Source of the DNA: a virus
Lineage: Duplodnaviria; Caudoviricetes
Virus record (IMG/VR): IMGVR_UViG_3300037634_004491
Coordinates: 1 to 25,274 of that record
Reading direction: 5' to 3' (one strand)
Length of the DNA stretch: 25,274 bases
How positions within the stretch are numbered: position 1 is the first letter of the stretch; every line of letters begins with the position of its first letter. A program made the position numbers and the translations under genes. The notes under the pieces were generated by a model. That model searched no databases. It was not told the origin of the DNA and saw only the letters and a list, made by a program, of their open reading frames with translations. Of the stretch, positions 7,216-15,624 are shown piece after piece.

Positions 7216-7894
7216 GGTACTCCTTATCTTTTTGTTCGTTGTCGTAAAGATTGGCCTCTCCTACTACATATGCCATCCACTCATTAACCTGTGACACTGT
7301 TGGGTCTCCATCAATAACTTGAAGAACCTGTTTTTGCATCTCAGTTCCCCCATTATTATTGGTGAATACTGTATGGGTGGTGACTAACTCTCTAATCTTC
7401 TCCACGTCTGCCTGTTGTGCTTTTGTAAGCTTGCTCTTTTTCTTAACAGGAGCCTTATCTTTACTGGCAGGTGGACTTGCAGATTCTTGAGGTAGATCCT
7501 CACCAGCATAAATGTAGTGTCCTAATCCAAACATGGAGATACATTTAACTAAACATCTCATCTTAGTGTCGCTGATTTGACGAGCAGTTGGGTTTTCTAT
7601 AGCATTGTTTCTGTAGTCCATCACTGGAAGCCACATCTTGCGAACCAAGTCCTCTATCCGAAGCTCACACTCAACAGAGCAAGTACCATCGTCATATATC
7701 AACACGTCTTTAGTGACGTATGACTGACCATTTGGATACTCCCATTCTGTAAAAGTGTATGTAGCTTCTGGAAAGTGGTTCATAAGTTCACCCCATGCCC
7801 ATGCCCATGACAGGTATGTAAGGTTGCCCTTCTTTTCGGTTTTGTTGTTTACGTCTATAGAAGACAATGTCTTCCATACGGTTTCGTTTTTCAT
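7184..7894 (-). CDS. sak: Sak / DUF1071 (Rad52-like) single-strand annealing protein
   Basis: EKKGNLTYLSWAWAW...MWLPVMDYRNNAI...MRCLVKCISMFGLGHYIYAGEDLP. Confidence 0.88.
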   Translation of the reverse strand: MKNETVWKTLSSIDVNNKTEKKGNLTYLSWAWAWGELMNHFPEATYTFTEWEYPNGQSYVTKDVLIYDDGTCSVECELRIEDLVRKMWLPVMDYRNNAIENPTARQISDTKMRCLVKCISMFGLGHYIYAGEDLPQESASPPASKDKAPVKKKSKLTKAQQADVEKIRELVTTHTVFTNNNGGTEMQKQVLQVIDGDPTVSQVNEWMAYVVGEANLYDNEQKDKEYHGRQNTNKVQ

Positions 7895-8097
7895 CTTCGT
7901 TCTCCTTTTATGTTTTCGACTAATGTGACGAAATGATTTTCCATCTCCTCGGTTAGTCTGCGTTTTCTGTTCAGTATTAGTGATAAATATGGTGCTGATA
8001 TTCCCAACTTATCAGCTATCCAAGACTGCTTTATACCGTTCTCTTTAATAATCTCTTGAAGTTCCATGTATGCCCTATTTTTACTGAACCATCCCAT
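7891..8097 (-). CDS. XRE/Cro-like HTH regulator
   Basis: IKENGIKQSWIADKLGISAPYLSLILNRKR HTH pattern. Confidence 0.85.
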   Translation of the reverse strand: MGWFSKNRAYMELQEIIKENGIKQSWIADKLGISAPYLSLILNRKRRLTEEMENHFVTLVENIKGERR

Positions 8098-8191
8098 GTT
8101 GTAATATACAGCTTGTTAATTATTATTTACAAACCATTTATAGACCTTAAGGGTTTTTAAGTGGCAGGATATATTCATATATTAGGACATG
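8095..8191. promoter_or_regulatory. divergent promoter region, candidate leaderless starts
   Basis: TATATT-N5-ATG on both strands (8103-8108 minus, 8178-8183 plus); TTGTAA -35-like hexamer 18 nt upstream on the minus strand. Confidence 0.45.
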
Positions 8192-8389
8192 AAAAAGCCA
8201 AATAAAATATACACCTTAACTATTGTTTACAATGACGACTCAGAAGAGGTTGAATATCTACAGGAAACAATCTGCGTAGATGATATGGAAGAAGTTGATA
8301 ACGCTTCCATACTTGTTGACCTCTCAGACTACTGGGACGAGGACACATTAAAGCAGCTTACAGATCACCACTATGTAGCTGAGGCTTAA
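8189..8389 (+). CDS. small acidic hypothetical protein
   Basis: Only credible plus-strand gene in the left arm; fills a gap; converges on the RHH gene. Confidence 0.65.
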   Translation: MKKPNKIYTLTIVYNDDSEEVEYLQETICVDDMEEVDNASILVDLSDYWDEDTLKQLTDHHYVAEA

Positions 8390-8562
8390 ACGTGCCCCAA
8401 GCTTGACTTGACCATGTCAGTCATCTTATCTCTCATTGTTACACCATCTTTAACACATTGAGCCTTAAACTTAGTGAAAATCTCTTTGTCAATGGGTAGC
8501 ATGAATATGTGTACACTTTCATCATACTGGGGATATCTAAGTCTCTGAGCTTTCTTATCCAT
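8386..8562 (-). CDS. ribbon-helix-helix (Arc/ParG-like) DNA-binding protein, 58 aa
   Basis: Translated by hand: VHIFMLPIDKEIFTKFKAQCVKDGVTMRDKMTDMVK; AAGGAG RBS. Confidence 0.65.
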   Translation of the reverse strand: MDKKAQRLRYPQYDESVHIFMLPIDKEIFTKFKAQCVKDGVTMRDKMTDMVKSSLGHV

Positions 8563-8695
8563 CGCTATTCTCCTTTTCTTCTATTTGTATTTCTATTGTT
8601 TCTAAATTGAGCTCCAACTCTCTGAGCTCCAACCTTCTACTGGACACTTGATTGCGCATCTCTATTCTTACTTTATATAACTCATCTAACTCCAT
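8555..8695 (-). CDS. small coiled-coil protein (46 aa)
   Basis: Translated by hand; GGAGG RBS. Confidence 0.5.
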   Translation of the reverse strand: MELDELYKVRIEMRNQVSSRRLELRELELNLETIEIQIEEKENSDG

Positions 8696-8703
8696 TTTCC
8701 CTC

Positions 8704-9060
8704 CTATTTAAAATATATAAATGCTTGTTTTCTTTCCCAATCGAGCTCAACCCTGTCAGGATAGACCTGTCTATTGGTGAGGTCTATGTGCTCCTCAACC
8801 TCCCACTCATCATCATTGTTTCCATCAATTGTGGATGGTGAAAACTGTTTTACACACAGTTCATAGTCTCCGATAGACACCTCTATCATAGACACATTGG
8901 CAGTGATATCTTTAATGCCACTTTCCCCAACATCTACATTAACACGATAGTGTACTACTGCACCACTGTGAACCATCTCAGGCTCTCCATCTACATCTGT
9001 GGTGAACTCCATCGGAAAGTTATTTAGGTCTGTGTATCCTGCTTCACTTTTAAACCTCAT
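8704..9060 (-). CDS. acidic hypothetical protein
   Basis: ORF track. Confidence 0.7.
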   Translation of the reverse strand: MRFKSEAGYTDLNNFPMEFTTDVDGEPEMVHSGAVVHYRVNVDVGESGIKDITANVSMIEVSIGDYELCVKQFSPSTIDGNNDDEWEVEEHIDLTNRQVYPDRVELDWERKQAFIYFK

Positions 9061-9244
9061 TGCTCATCTCCTTTTTTATTTCTGAAATTTCTCCCCAAGT
9101 CCAAGCACCCATACCATCTTCCCACATATCCCCACCATCAATACGACCATCATCGATCATTTCTTGAACCTCTTCTTTACTTTTTGCCTCGACCTTCATT
9201 ATAAGGTCTGTTTCCATAACTGCTGTAATTAAAAACTCTTTCAT
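9050..9244 (-). CDS. small acidic hypothetical protein
   Basis: ORF track; VEAKSKEE motif common in small phage proteins. Confidence 0.65.
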   Translation of the reverse strand: MKEFLITAVMETDLIMKVEAKSKEEVQEMIDDGRIDGGDMWEDGMGAWTWGEISEIKKEMSNEV

Positions 9245-9633
9245 CTTTTGCTCCCATCATATAATTCATTTAGTGATAGTGATTGACTTTTGTATTTTTG
9301 AATAAACTCCTTAATATCTTTCCCCAGTATTTCTAGTATTTCATTAGCAGTGTGTACTTGCCCCCTGCGATATGATACTGCTTCACGATCTACACCAAGC
9401 ATAGCACGTTTCTCAAGGCTATCAAGCTGACTTTGAGTATCAAGTGCTATATTTTTACAGTGTTTTAGCATTTTATTCTCAACCCAGTACTCAGTCATAT
9501 TTAATACATTAACTATATCAACTATTTCGTCAGCCTCGCAGTCAAGTGATTCGGTTAGTTGGTCTATTATATCCATGTAAGAATATAACATTTTATTTCT
9601 CATTTGCTGTTCTGTTGTCTTCAAAACGGACAC
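9241..9633 (-). CDS. hypothetical protein
   Basis: ORF track; GAGGA RBS. Confidence 0.65.
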   Translation of the reverse strand: MSVLKTTEQQMRNKMLYSYMDIIDQLTESLDCEADEIVDIVNVLNMTEYWVENKMLKHCKNIALDTQSQLDSLEKRAMLGVDREAVSYRRGQVHTANEILEILGKDIKEFIQKYKSQSLSLNELYDGSKR

Positions 9634-9848
9634 TCCTCTTCTTTAGGTTTATCTAGGTAGGTTGGTTCTGTAGACTCAATCGGTTCACATATAGTCGCAG
9701 TATATAAGCCCTTTCTATTGAACAGCTTTCTATACTCTGCTTGAGCCTCATCCAACGTGTCGAATGCCATCCAATCTGAACGATATTCAACCTCATTAGG
9801 TATCAACTTTTTACTCTTTCTTTCTGTTGTGTAACATACTATGTACAT
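9621..9848 (-). CDS. hypothetical protein
   Basis: ORF track; AAGGAG RBS. Confidence 0.65.
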   Translation of the reverse strand: MYIVCYTTERKSKKLIPNEVEYRSDWMAFDTLDEAQAEYRKLFNRKGLYTATICEPIESTEPTYLDKPKEEECPF

Positions 9849-10012
9849 ATGGTCTCCTTTAAAAAATCGGTAAAGTCATCTTCACTATAATATCTTATGA
9901 GTTTATGCTCATACTCTCTGTATTTATGTAGCAAATCCATCATTGCACCGACATCGTGCAGTGAAAAATGCTTCTCTAATGCCTTTTCTATGTTGTCAAA
10001 CGTCTCGGTCAT
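9839..10012 (-). CDS. small hypothetical protein (57 aa, MTETFDNIEK...)
   Basis: Translated by hand; AAGGAG RBS. Confidence 0.6.
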   Translation of the reverse strand: MTETFDNIEKALEKHFSLHDVGAMMDLLHKYREYEHKLIRYYSEDDFTDFLKETICT

Positions 10013-10028
10013 TTATTCTCCTTTATGG

Positions 10029-10283
10029 TTATCTTGTTTCCATTTCTTCATCTAAAAATGGAACACTATTTAAAAAATTTCTAAGACGAACTAATTGCTT
10101 TAAGTCTAATTCATCGTTGACAATTGTCACCTCTTCTTCTATTTGAAGATCGTAAAGCTGAATATCTGCGTGACGTTTTCTACCACCAAGCCATATTTCA
10201 AATTTTAAATGCTTTATTTCATCACTGTTGGGAGCGCCAACATCTAAATCATATCTTAATTTATTCACCCTCTTGTTATGCAT
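10029..10283 (-). CDS. hypothetical protein
   Basis: ORF track. Confidence 0.65.
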   Translation of the reverse strand: MHNKRVNKLRYDLDVGAPNSDEIKHLKFEIWLGGRKRHADIQLYDLQIEEEVTIVNDELDLKQLVRLRNFLNSVPFLDEEMETR

Positions 10284-10579
10284 TATTTATTCTCCCTCAT
10301 TTTTAAGACACAACCTATAAAGCTGTGTAAGTCTATTAGTTGTCTTATTGAAACTTCTTCTGCTATACATTCTTCTTTAATTGTCTGTCCAGATAGTCTT
10401 ATATTGAAGTGTGGTTCCCATTTTTCATTGTCTATCATACAAACATTAAACTCAAGCCATTTATCCCGTTCTCCTGTCCAGTCCTTATCTCTGACGTGTG
10501 GAGAAATTTCCATTTCCAATGTCATATAATTAAGTCCTTTTCTTTTTATCATTCGCTCCCCTTTTTTAATATATCCCAT
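10283..10579 (-). CDS. hypothetical protein
   Basis: ORF track; start uncertain. Confidence 0.6.
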   Translation of the reverse strand: MGYIKKGERMIKRKGLNYMTLEMEISPHVRDKDWTGERDKWLEFNVCMIDNEKWEPHFNIRLSGQTIKEECIAEEVSIRQLIDLHSFIGCVLKMRENK

Positions 10580-10705
10580 CCATATTCCCTTAATTTTGCC
10601 ACACCACCCATAGTGCGTGATTGAATCCTACCTCTATCCCAATTAAGGTTTACTATTATTATCTCACCTTTTGGTGTTACAATATGAACCTTCATTTACC
10701 CTCCC

Positions 10706-10921
10706 CTATCTAATGCCACTGAATAAGTTTTTGCACAACTCTAATGCCTCTGTTTTACTGAAGCCTTGCTCAACAAGAGTATCGTATTTAATTTTAGTCA
10801 ATTTCGCTACACTTCTCATATGCCCTTCCATTTCCAGATTGTCCCAACCTGAACTAATCTCCAATCCCTCATCTGTAGGAACGACATTGTCTAATAGTTT
10901 ATTTAACTTATTTTCATTCAT
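10706..10921 (-). CDS. hypothetical protein (...YDTLVEQGFSKTEALEL)
   Basis: ORF track; start moved to MNENKL (ATGA coupling). Confidence 0.65.
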   Translation of the reverse strand: MNENKLNKLLDNVVPTDEGLEISSGWDNLEMEGHMRSVAKLTKIKYDTLVEQGFSKTEALELCKNLFSGIR

Positions 10922-11073
10922 TCTTCTTCCTCTTTTATTGGTTGCCACCATCCGACTAGATGCTCAAGGTATGAGCCTGTCATTAGGCATACAAGTATTA
11001 AAAATATAGTCCACTCGAATGGATTGAGTACGATAAATAGTTTCAACTCGTGTAGTAAGTTATATACTGTCAT
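10918..11073 (-). CDS. small membrane protein (51 aa)
   Basis: Translated by hand; hydrophobic WTIFLILVCLMTG stretch. Confidence 0.5.
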   Translation of the reverse strand: MTVYNLLHELKLFIVLNPFEWTIFLILVCLMTGSYLEHLVGWWQPIKEEEE

Positions 11074-11170
11074 TATCGTTCTCTTCATCTAAACATTCAT
11101 GGCACATTCTTTCATCTAAATCGCCAGTTAAATGGTCATAATGATGTTCGCATTTTATACAAGTAAACAT
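11060..11170 (-). CDS. Zn-finger microprotein (36 aa, MFTCIKCEH...MCHEC)
   Basis: Translated by hand; two CxxC pairs; AAGGAG RBS. Confidence 0.55.
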   Translation of the reverse strand: MFTCIKCEHHYDHLTGDLDERMCHECLDEENDNDSI

Positions 11171-11172
11171 AA

Positions 11173-11325
11173 CTATCTCCTTGTTGGTTCGGTTGGTCTT
11201 TTTATATCATGCCCTATCTCATTCAAGCAGTCCAAGATAGTTCTCAAGTCTTGATTATTGCAGGACTCAATACACTCATTAATTATTGCCTTCAGTTCGT
11301 GTTCTTCTATTTCATATTCAGTCAT
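11173..11325 (-). CDS. small hypothetical protein (50 aa)
   Basis: Translated by hand; AAGGAG RBS. Confidence 0.55.
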   Translation of the reverse strand: MTEYEIEEHELKAIINECIESCNNQDLRTILDCLNEIGHDIKRPTEPTRR

Positions 11326-11334
11326 TACTTCTCC

Positions 11335-11595
11335 TTATAGTTTAAGTTCAAATAAATCTAGTTCATTACTTGTGTCCGTGGACGGATACTCATCGTCATC
11401 ATACCTAACTAATCCATAGACATTTATCACATACTCTCCATCTTTTCGTGTAAATATGTTTAAGTCCCAAGTATTGCCCCCATACCACCAGTCATCTTCT
11501 CTTGTCCACTCGTCATACCATCTTTCCAGTAAGATGATAGCATCAATTTCGTCGTAGTTAGGCTCAATAGGTTCTATTTTATTAGGTAGTTTCAT
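11335..11595 (-). CDS. acidic hypothetical protein
   Basis: ORF track. Confidence 0.65.
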   Translation of the reverse strand: MKLPNKIEPIEPNYDEIDAIILLERWYDEWTREDDWWYGGNTWDLNIFTRKDGEYVINVYGLVRYDDDEYPSTDTSNELDLFELKL

Positions 11596-11831
11596 TACTT
11601 GGTCTCCTTTGCTTTTTCCATTGCTATATGGTCTTGTTCTTCGTGATAGAGCCGATCATCTTTATCTGCTGGGTGTTCACTCATTTCATTAACTATTTCT
11701 TTTATTGGTATCATAAATGTATATCTCCAGACATATTCATCAAAATCTCTACCGACTATTTTAACAGGACACTTGTCCAACCACTCATAGAACTCATTTG
11801 GCATATCATTCATTTCATAAGTTATTTTCAT
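11595..11831 (-). CDS. hypothetical protein
   Basis: ORF track. Confidence 0.65.
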   Translation of the reverse strand: MKITYEMNDMPNEFYEWLDKCPVKIVGRDFDEYVWRYTFMIPIKEIVNEMSEHPADKDDRLYHEEQDHIAMEKAKETK

Positions 11832-12004
11832 TCTTCTTCATCTCCATTAAATAGTTTTAGTTTAATTATTACATCCTCATCCTCGTTAGGAGTCCAACTC
11901 CACTCAAATACCTTCCCTCTCTGTAATTCATAGAGGTCGCTGTCAGTTAGATTAACATCACAGCTATAACGTGGCTTTGCATTGATTGTATGAGGTCTAG
12001 CCAT
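11828..12004 (-). CDS. small acidic protein (58 aa, MARPHTINAK...)
   Basis: Translated by hand; AAGGAG RBS; coupled on both sides. Confidence 0.6.
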   Translation of the reverse strand: MARPHTINAKPRYSCDVNLTDSDLYELQRGKVFEWSWTPNEDEDVIIKLKLFNGDEEE

Positions 12005-12153
12005 TATATATTCTCCTTAGTATAACCCTCAAACCAATCTATTCCCTCTGATTTGGGGTCGTTACAATGTTTTTCTGCCTCTTCCAAGGTCAACCCACGT
12101 TTGACTACCTCAGGCTCACCATAGAACTGATACCTTACTATTTTATAAGTCAT
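12004..12153 (-). CDS. small conserved phage protein (49 aa, MTYKIVRY...KRGLTLEEAEKHCNDP...WFEGY)
   Basis: Translated by hand; AAGGAG RBS; GLTLEEA..HC.DP motif recalled from other phage early genes. Confidence 0.65.
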   Translation of the reverse strand: MTYKIVRYQFYGEPEVVKRGLTLEEAEKHCNDPKSEGIDWFEGYTKENI

Positions 12154-12437
12154 TTATTCTCCTTATTAATTTCATCTTTTGTTTTATATTCCCAATCCTT
12201 AAAATCAGACATATGGTCAGCACCTGTTACTCCACACACTATCTCGTCAGCCTCTTTCACATTCGGATAATATATATACCCATTATCAAACTCTCCATCT
12301 CTTTCATTCCAATGTTCATACTTGTATTTAGACTCAAATCCTGCTAATTTCAACTCTTCCATAAGATATTCGCCTCCACTATCGGAGTACCAATCACAAG
12401 CAATATAAAATCCTTTCTTTTTAATTAAGGGTGTCAC
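12150..12437 (-). CDS. hypothetical protein
   Basis: ORF track; GTG start with AGGAG RBS. Confidence 0.65.
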   Translation of the reverse strand: MTPLIKKKGFYIACDWYSDSGGEYLMEELKLAGFESKYKYEHWNERDGEFDNGYIYYPNVKEADEIVCGVTGADHMSDFKDWEYKTKDEINKENK

Positions 12438-12449
12438 TTTGTATTCTCC

Positions 12450-12683
12450 TTATATATGTCGATTCATATGGCACATTCCAAACTCACATTTAGTATCATT
12501 TAAAGATAAGCCTGAGGGTGTCTCCCCCCAAGCCTTCCCTATATATAAAAAAGGTAAGAATATCCTTAATTGACTGGTGCATTGTTTATCTTCGTGTTGG
12601 CTATTAAAAAAACCATCAATACCGAACCATATGTTTCCCCTAACTATAAAATAGATAGAAGGTATGATTATTTCTTTCTTCAT
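12450..12683 (-). CDS. hypothetical protein
   Basis: ORF track. Confidence 0.55.
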   Translation of the reverse strand: MKKEIIIPSIYFIVRGNIWFGIDGFFNSQHEDKQCTSQLRIFLPFLYIGKAWGETPSGLSLNDTKCEFGMCHMNRHI

Positions 12684-12886
12684 ATCACCCTCTTTATTTT
12701 CATATCATTAATTTGCATATCTCGATTGATCTCAAGTCTAGCAAGAGTAATTAGGTGTACCTCTTCACACTCAAGCACCACCTTCTCACCCTTTGCTAAC
12801 TTATTTAGTATAGCCACTAGTGAAAAGCACGTCGGATGGTAGTCAATTGTATCGTCACCTTCATTTATTAGATAATGTCTATCCAT
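12680..12886 (-). CDS. hypothetical protein
   Basis: ORF track; GGAGG RBS. Confidence 0.6.
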   Translation of the reverse strand: MDRHYLINEGDDTIDYHPTCFSLVAILNKLAKGEKVVLECEEVHLITLARLEINRDMQINDMKIKRVI

Positions 12887-13071
12887 TACACAACCTCCTC
12901 TGATTCAAGGTATTCAATCATATCTTGGTATCGGTTACGGATAACTCGGTCAGTAAAAACACTAACAGACCCCTCTTGTCTAACCTTCTTACAGACTCCT
13001 ACAGATAAGGGGTGATCTTCCTTTAGCCTCTTTAACCATTTAATTACATCTTGTTTATTTTGTATTTCCAT
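12886..13071 (-). CDS. hypothetical protein
   Basis: ORF track; TAATG coupling. Confidence 0.6.
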   Translation of the reverse strand: MEIQNKQDVIKWLKRLKEDHPLSVGVCKKVRQEGSVSVFTDRVIRNRYQDMIEYLESEEVV

Positions 13072-13313
13072 TAGACAATCTCCCCATTAAGCTTGATATA
13101 AGTGCATCCTGCATTAGGCATCCCAAAGTCGTCTAGAGGCTCAAATCCATCATAATCTCCATAAATCATGCCTTCGTAGTAGCAGTTGTCGTCGTCATCG
13201 TACATTGAGAATCTTGCTGACTTTTCATTGATGGTAGCATCTCCACTATCGACACCAACCTCGTCGTTTAGGCTCTCTAAATGTACCTTTGTAATTTTCC
13301 AATAGTATCCCAT
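13071..13313 (-). CDS. acidic conserved phage protein (FSMYDDDDNCYYEG...FEPLDDFGMPNAGCT)
   Basis: Start at ATG 13313 with AAGGAG RBS (ORF track extends to 13406). Confidence 0.7.
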   Translation of the reverse strand: MGYYWKITKVHLESLNDEVGVDSGDATINEKSARFSMYDDDDNCYYEGMIYGDYDGFEPLDDFGMPNAGCTYIKLNGEIV

Positions 13314-13317
13314 TAGA

Positions 13318-13473
13318 CTATCTCCTTTGATTATTGATATTATATTGACGAGGACAACTGTTAGTATTTGTTTTAGTTTCTCGATGGTAGCTAGTACTAA
13401 ACTCATACTCTTTACGTTCCTCGTCGGTCAATCCTGTTGTTCCACCTTCTTTGTCGATATAGCACATTCCCAT
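13318..13473 (-). CDS. small hypothetical protein (51 aa)
   Basis: Translated by hand; TAATG coupling; GGGGG RBS-like run. Confidence 0.45.
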   Translation of the reverse strand: MGMCYIDKEGGTTGLTDEERKEYEFSTSYHRETKTNTNSCPRQYNINNQRR

Positions 13474-13652
13474 TATTTAGTCCCCCTTGATGCACCCCAT
13501 TTGTATGCCAACTCGTTCCATTTGTCGTTAGAAAGCAATACTTTGGACTCATTTGCCCGTTTAAGGTCTGCTTTTTTAATTTCTACCCTTGTCTTCCCAT
13601 TAAGCACCATCTCGGCTACTATTTCAGCATTTGAATTAGATATGTATTTCAT
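13473..13652 (-). CDS. small hypothetical protein (59 aa, MKYISNSNAEIV...)
   Basis: Translated by hand; fills the gap after the Gp88-like gene. Confidence 0.5.
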   Translation of the reverse strand: MKYISNSNAEIVAEMVLNGKTRVEIKKADLKRANESKVLLSNDKWNELAYKWGASRGTK

Positions 13653-13672
13653 CTCTCATTTCTCCTTGTTAT

Positions 13673-14509
13673 TTAGTGTAATTGAATTACTATTTCAAAA
13701 TCTTTAAACGTGTCCAAATTCCCACAAGCATGACCGATATTGGTACATTCACCACATACCGACGGACAAACAAATACTTTATGGTCAAAATTGTCTCTTA
13801 TATTCTCCCCCTTCTCGACCTTCATAGCAGTAAACTCTCCTCTCACAAAGTATAGACCTTTGAGGAATTTCTTAAGGTCATCATATTTCCCACCATTGGA
13901 GAGATTTAGAGCATAATTGGAAGGGAATTTGTAACCTTCATCATGCAATTTAAGGAAGAGATTTAGAGACTTGGAATATCCGTAGGTAATTAGTCTTGGA
14001 TTGTCTCTAATTAACTCCATCCAATTGACGAGGTCTGTTTCAGTAAAGAAATCTCCATCCACATAGAGCCTAAAATCCACCTTCTCAAGGTCTCTAAATT
14101 GACTGGTGTTCAAGACCCTCTTCAGTTCCCTCTTTATGGTGTCAAATTCGCTCATTAAGAGAGTATTTTGCACCTGTCGAAGGAAACTAGCAGGATATCT
14201 CCATGCCTTGAATGAATAGCAGTAAGTTTTACAGGCTCCTGCTCCAATACAAGTCACTACAGGCAATGTACTAAAATTTAGAAATGGCAGTTTGCTGTTC
14301 CCTACCTTGAACATCTCAAATTGCAGTTCTTCGGTCTCTCCATCGAGCCAAGACAAGAACCTTCTTATGTGATACTCGTTAGAGTTTACTTTATACTCGG
14401 TGTGTCCCTCTATAAAGTTGTTCAATATTACTCTAATTCCGTCCCTGTCATTAACTCCTGCAAGTTTTGAAATTTGAGTTTTGATCTCGTTGGTAAATAC
14501 TTTCTTCAT
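13673..14509 (-). CDS. phage Gp88-like protein (radical-SAM-like Fe-S protein)
   Basis: GNSKLPFLNFSTLPVVTCIGAGACKTYCY.FKA, FRLYVDGDF, YGYSKS and C-terminal CPSVCGEC...C motifs. Confidence 0.75.
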   Translation of the reverse strand: MKKVFTNEIKTQISKLAGVNDRDGIRVILNNFIEGHTEYKVNSNEYHIRRFLSWLDGETEELQFEMFKVGNSKLPFLNFSTLPVVTCIGAGACKTYCYSFKAWRYPASFLRQVQNTLLMSEFDTIKRELKRVLNTSQFRDLEKVDFRLYVDGDFFTETDLVNWMELIRDNPRLITYGYSKSLNLFLKLHDEGYKFPSNYALNLSNGGKYDDLKKFLKGLYFVRGEFTAMKVEKGENIRDNFDHKVFVCPSVCGECTNIGHACGNLDTFKDFEIVIQLH

Positions 14510-14706
14510 GGTTTCGGTTTCCTTTTCTTATTCGGGTTTGTATTTCTTGTCGATGGCGAGGAGTCCGAGTCCTCATAAGTCCTATTCCACCCATCGATAT
14601 AGGCAACGATAAACTTTGTTATCTTCGAGTCAGTCGGTATGCATAGGAAACTCTGTCCTGTACGTCGGCAGATTACATTAAACTTTGTCTCGTCGATGGA
14701 ATTCAC
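14506..14706 (-). CDS. hypothetical protein
   Basis: ORF track; ATGA overlap with the Gp88-like gene; start uncertain. Confidence 0.45.
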   Translation of the reverse strand: MNSIDETKFNVICRRTGQSFLCIPTDSKITKFIVAYIDGWNRTYEDSDSSPSTRNTNPNKKRKPKP

Positions 14707-15620
14707 TCAAATCTTGTGAGGTTTACCCTTCTGTATGGTGAACTCGTCGACTACTGACTTGTCCTATCTCCATCCTTTAACTCGTCCTAAACTCTGACCT
14801 TTCTCCATCGGTGACCATCATTCAACCCTCCGTTACTATGTCACCTGTTTTCAGTATGGCATCTCTTTCTCTCGTTGGTTAGGAGTCAATTCTATTGAGG
14901 GTCTTGCCCTGCTGTATACTCCCAACGTCGATTACTCGAAATGTTGTCCCTGTTATGATTATTTAGGTTATGTAAAAAAGCAATGCATTAATCAACTGAC
15001 ATAATATACATTAGATATCTAATATCTTTAACATAAATAAAATAATAATTGAATATAGCGACGAGGTCAGAGCCTCAAGTCAGCCTCAAATATTGATAAA
15101 TATTAGTAAATGATACATAGCAAAACACCCAAATCCGAAGTAATACTGACGGCATTAGGATTGGATGCACAAAGCATGATAGTAGTATAGCGACGAGGAT
15201 CGCCTCAAATCATGGTGGACTTTGCCTCAATCATTACTCATATACTATATAGACTAATAGACTAAATGGTATCCGATACCCGTTACACCGATGAGTAATA
15301 TAATGAGTGGTTGAGAATGGTATAATAAAAGAATATCTATGAGAGTTACCGAGGAGAAACGGATTGTATTTGTACAGGTTAGTAACCATTGTCCCCTTCT
15401 TTACGCTGACGTGTTACCGACGGACACCGACGGAAGCAAATGGTTACCGACGAGGTAATGGTTAGGAAAAAAACCAAAGTTAACGTAATCCGAAAACCGA
15501 AAAACCCTCGACGCCCCGCCCCCTTTAGGTTATTGGTCACGCATTATTTTCCACCATTTTTTTAGGTTTTGTACTTTTGTAAACAATCCTTAACTTATCC
15601 TAATTAATTAAGGGAGACAT
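14707..15620. promoter_or_regulatory. large divergent intergenic/control region between the two arms
   Basis: No ORF of 60 aa or more in the track; strand switch; AT-rich core; palindrome ATTAGATATCTAAT at 15010-15023; repeated TATAGCGACGAGG and GTTACCGA motifs. Confidence 0.6.
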
Positions 15621-15624
15621 AGAC

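Noticed and set aside
12004-12153. Apparent frameshifted pseudogene
   Set aside because: Recounting the A-runs gives an intact 49-aa ORF below the track cutoff
145-13707. Plus-strand ORFs in the left arm (e.g. 145-513, 960-1232, 2636-2938, 10671-11009, 13327-13707)
   Set aside because: Antisense shadows of tightly packed minus-strand genes; only 8189-8389 retained
13765-13776. Partial self-target of unit 3 (GACAAACAAATA)
   Set aside because: Only 12 of 18 contiguous AT-rich bases match; plausible by chance
15054-15210. Hammerhead ribozyme suggested by GACGAG plus hairpin
   Set aside because: Lacks the CUGANGA and GAAA core and the flanking stems
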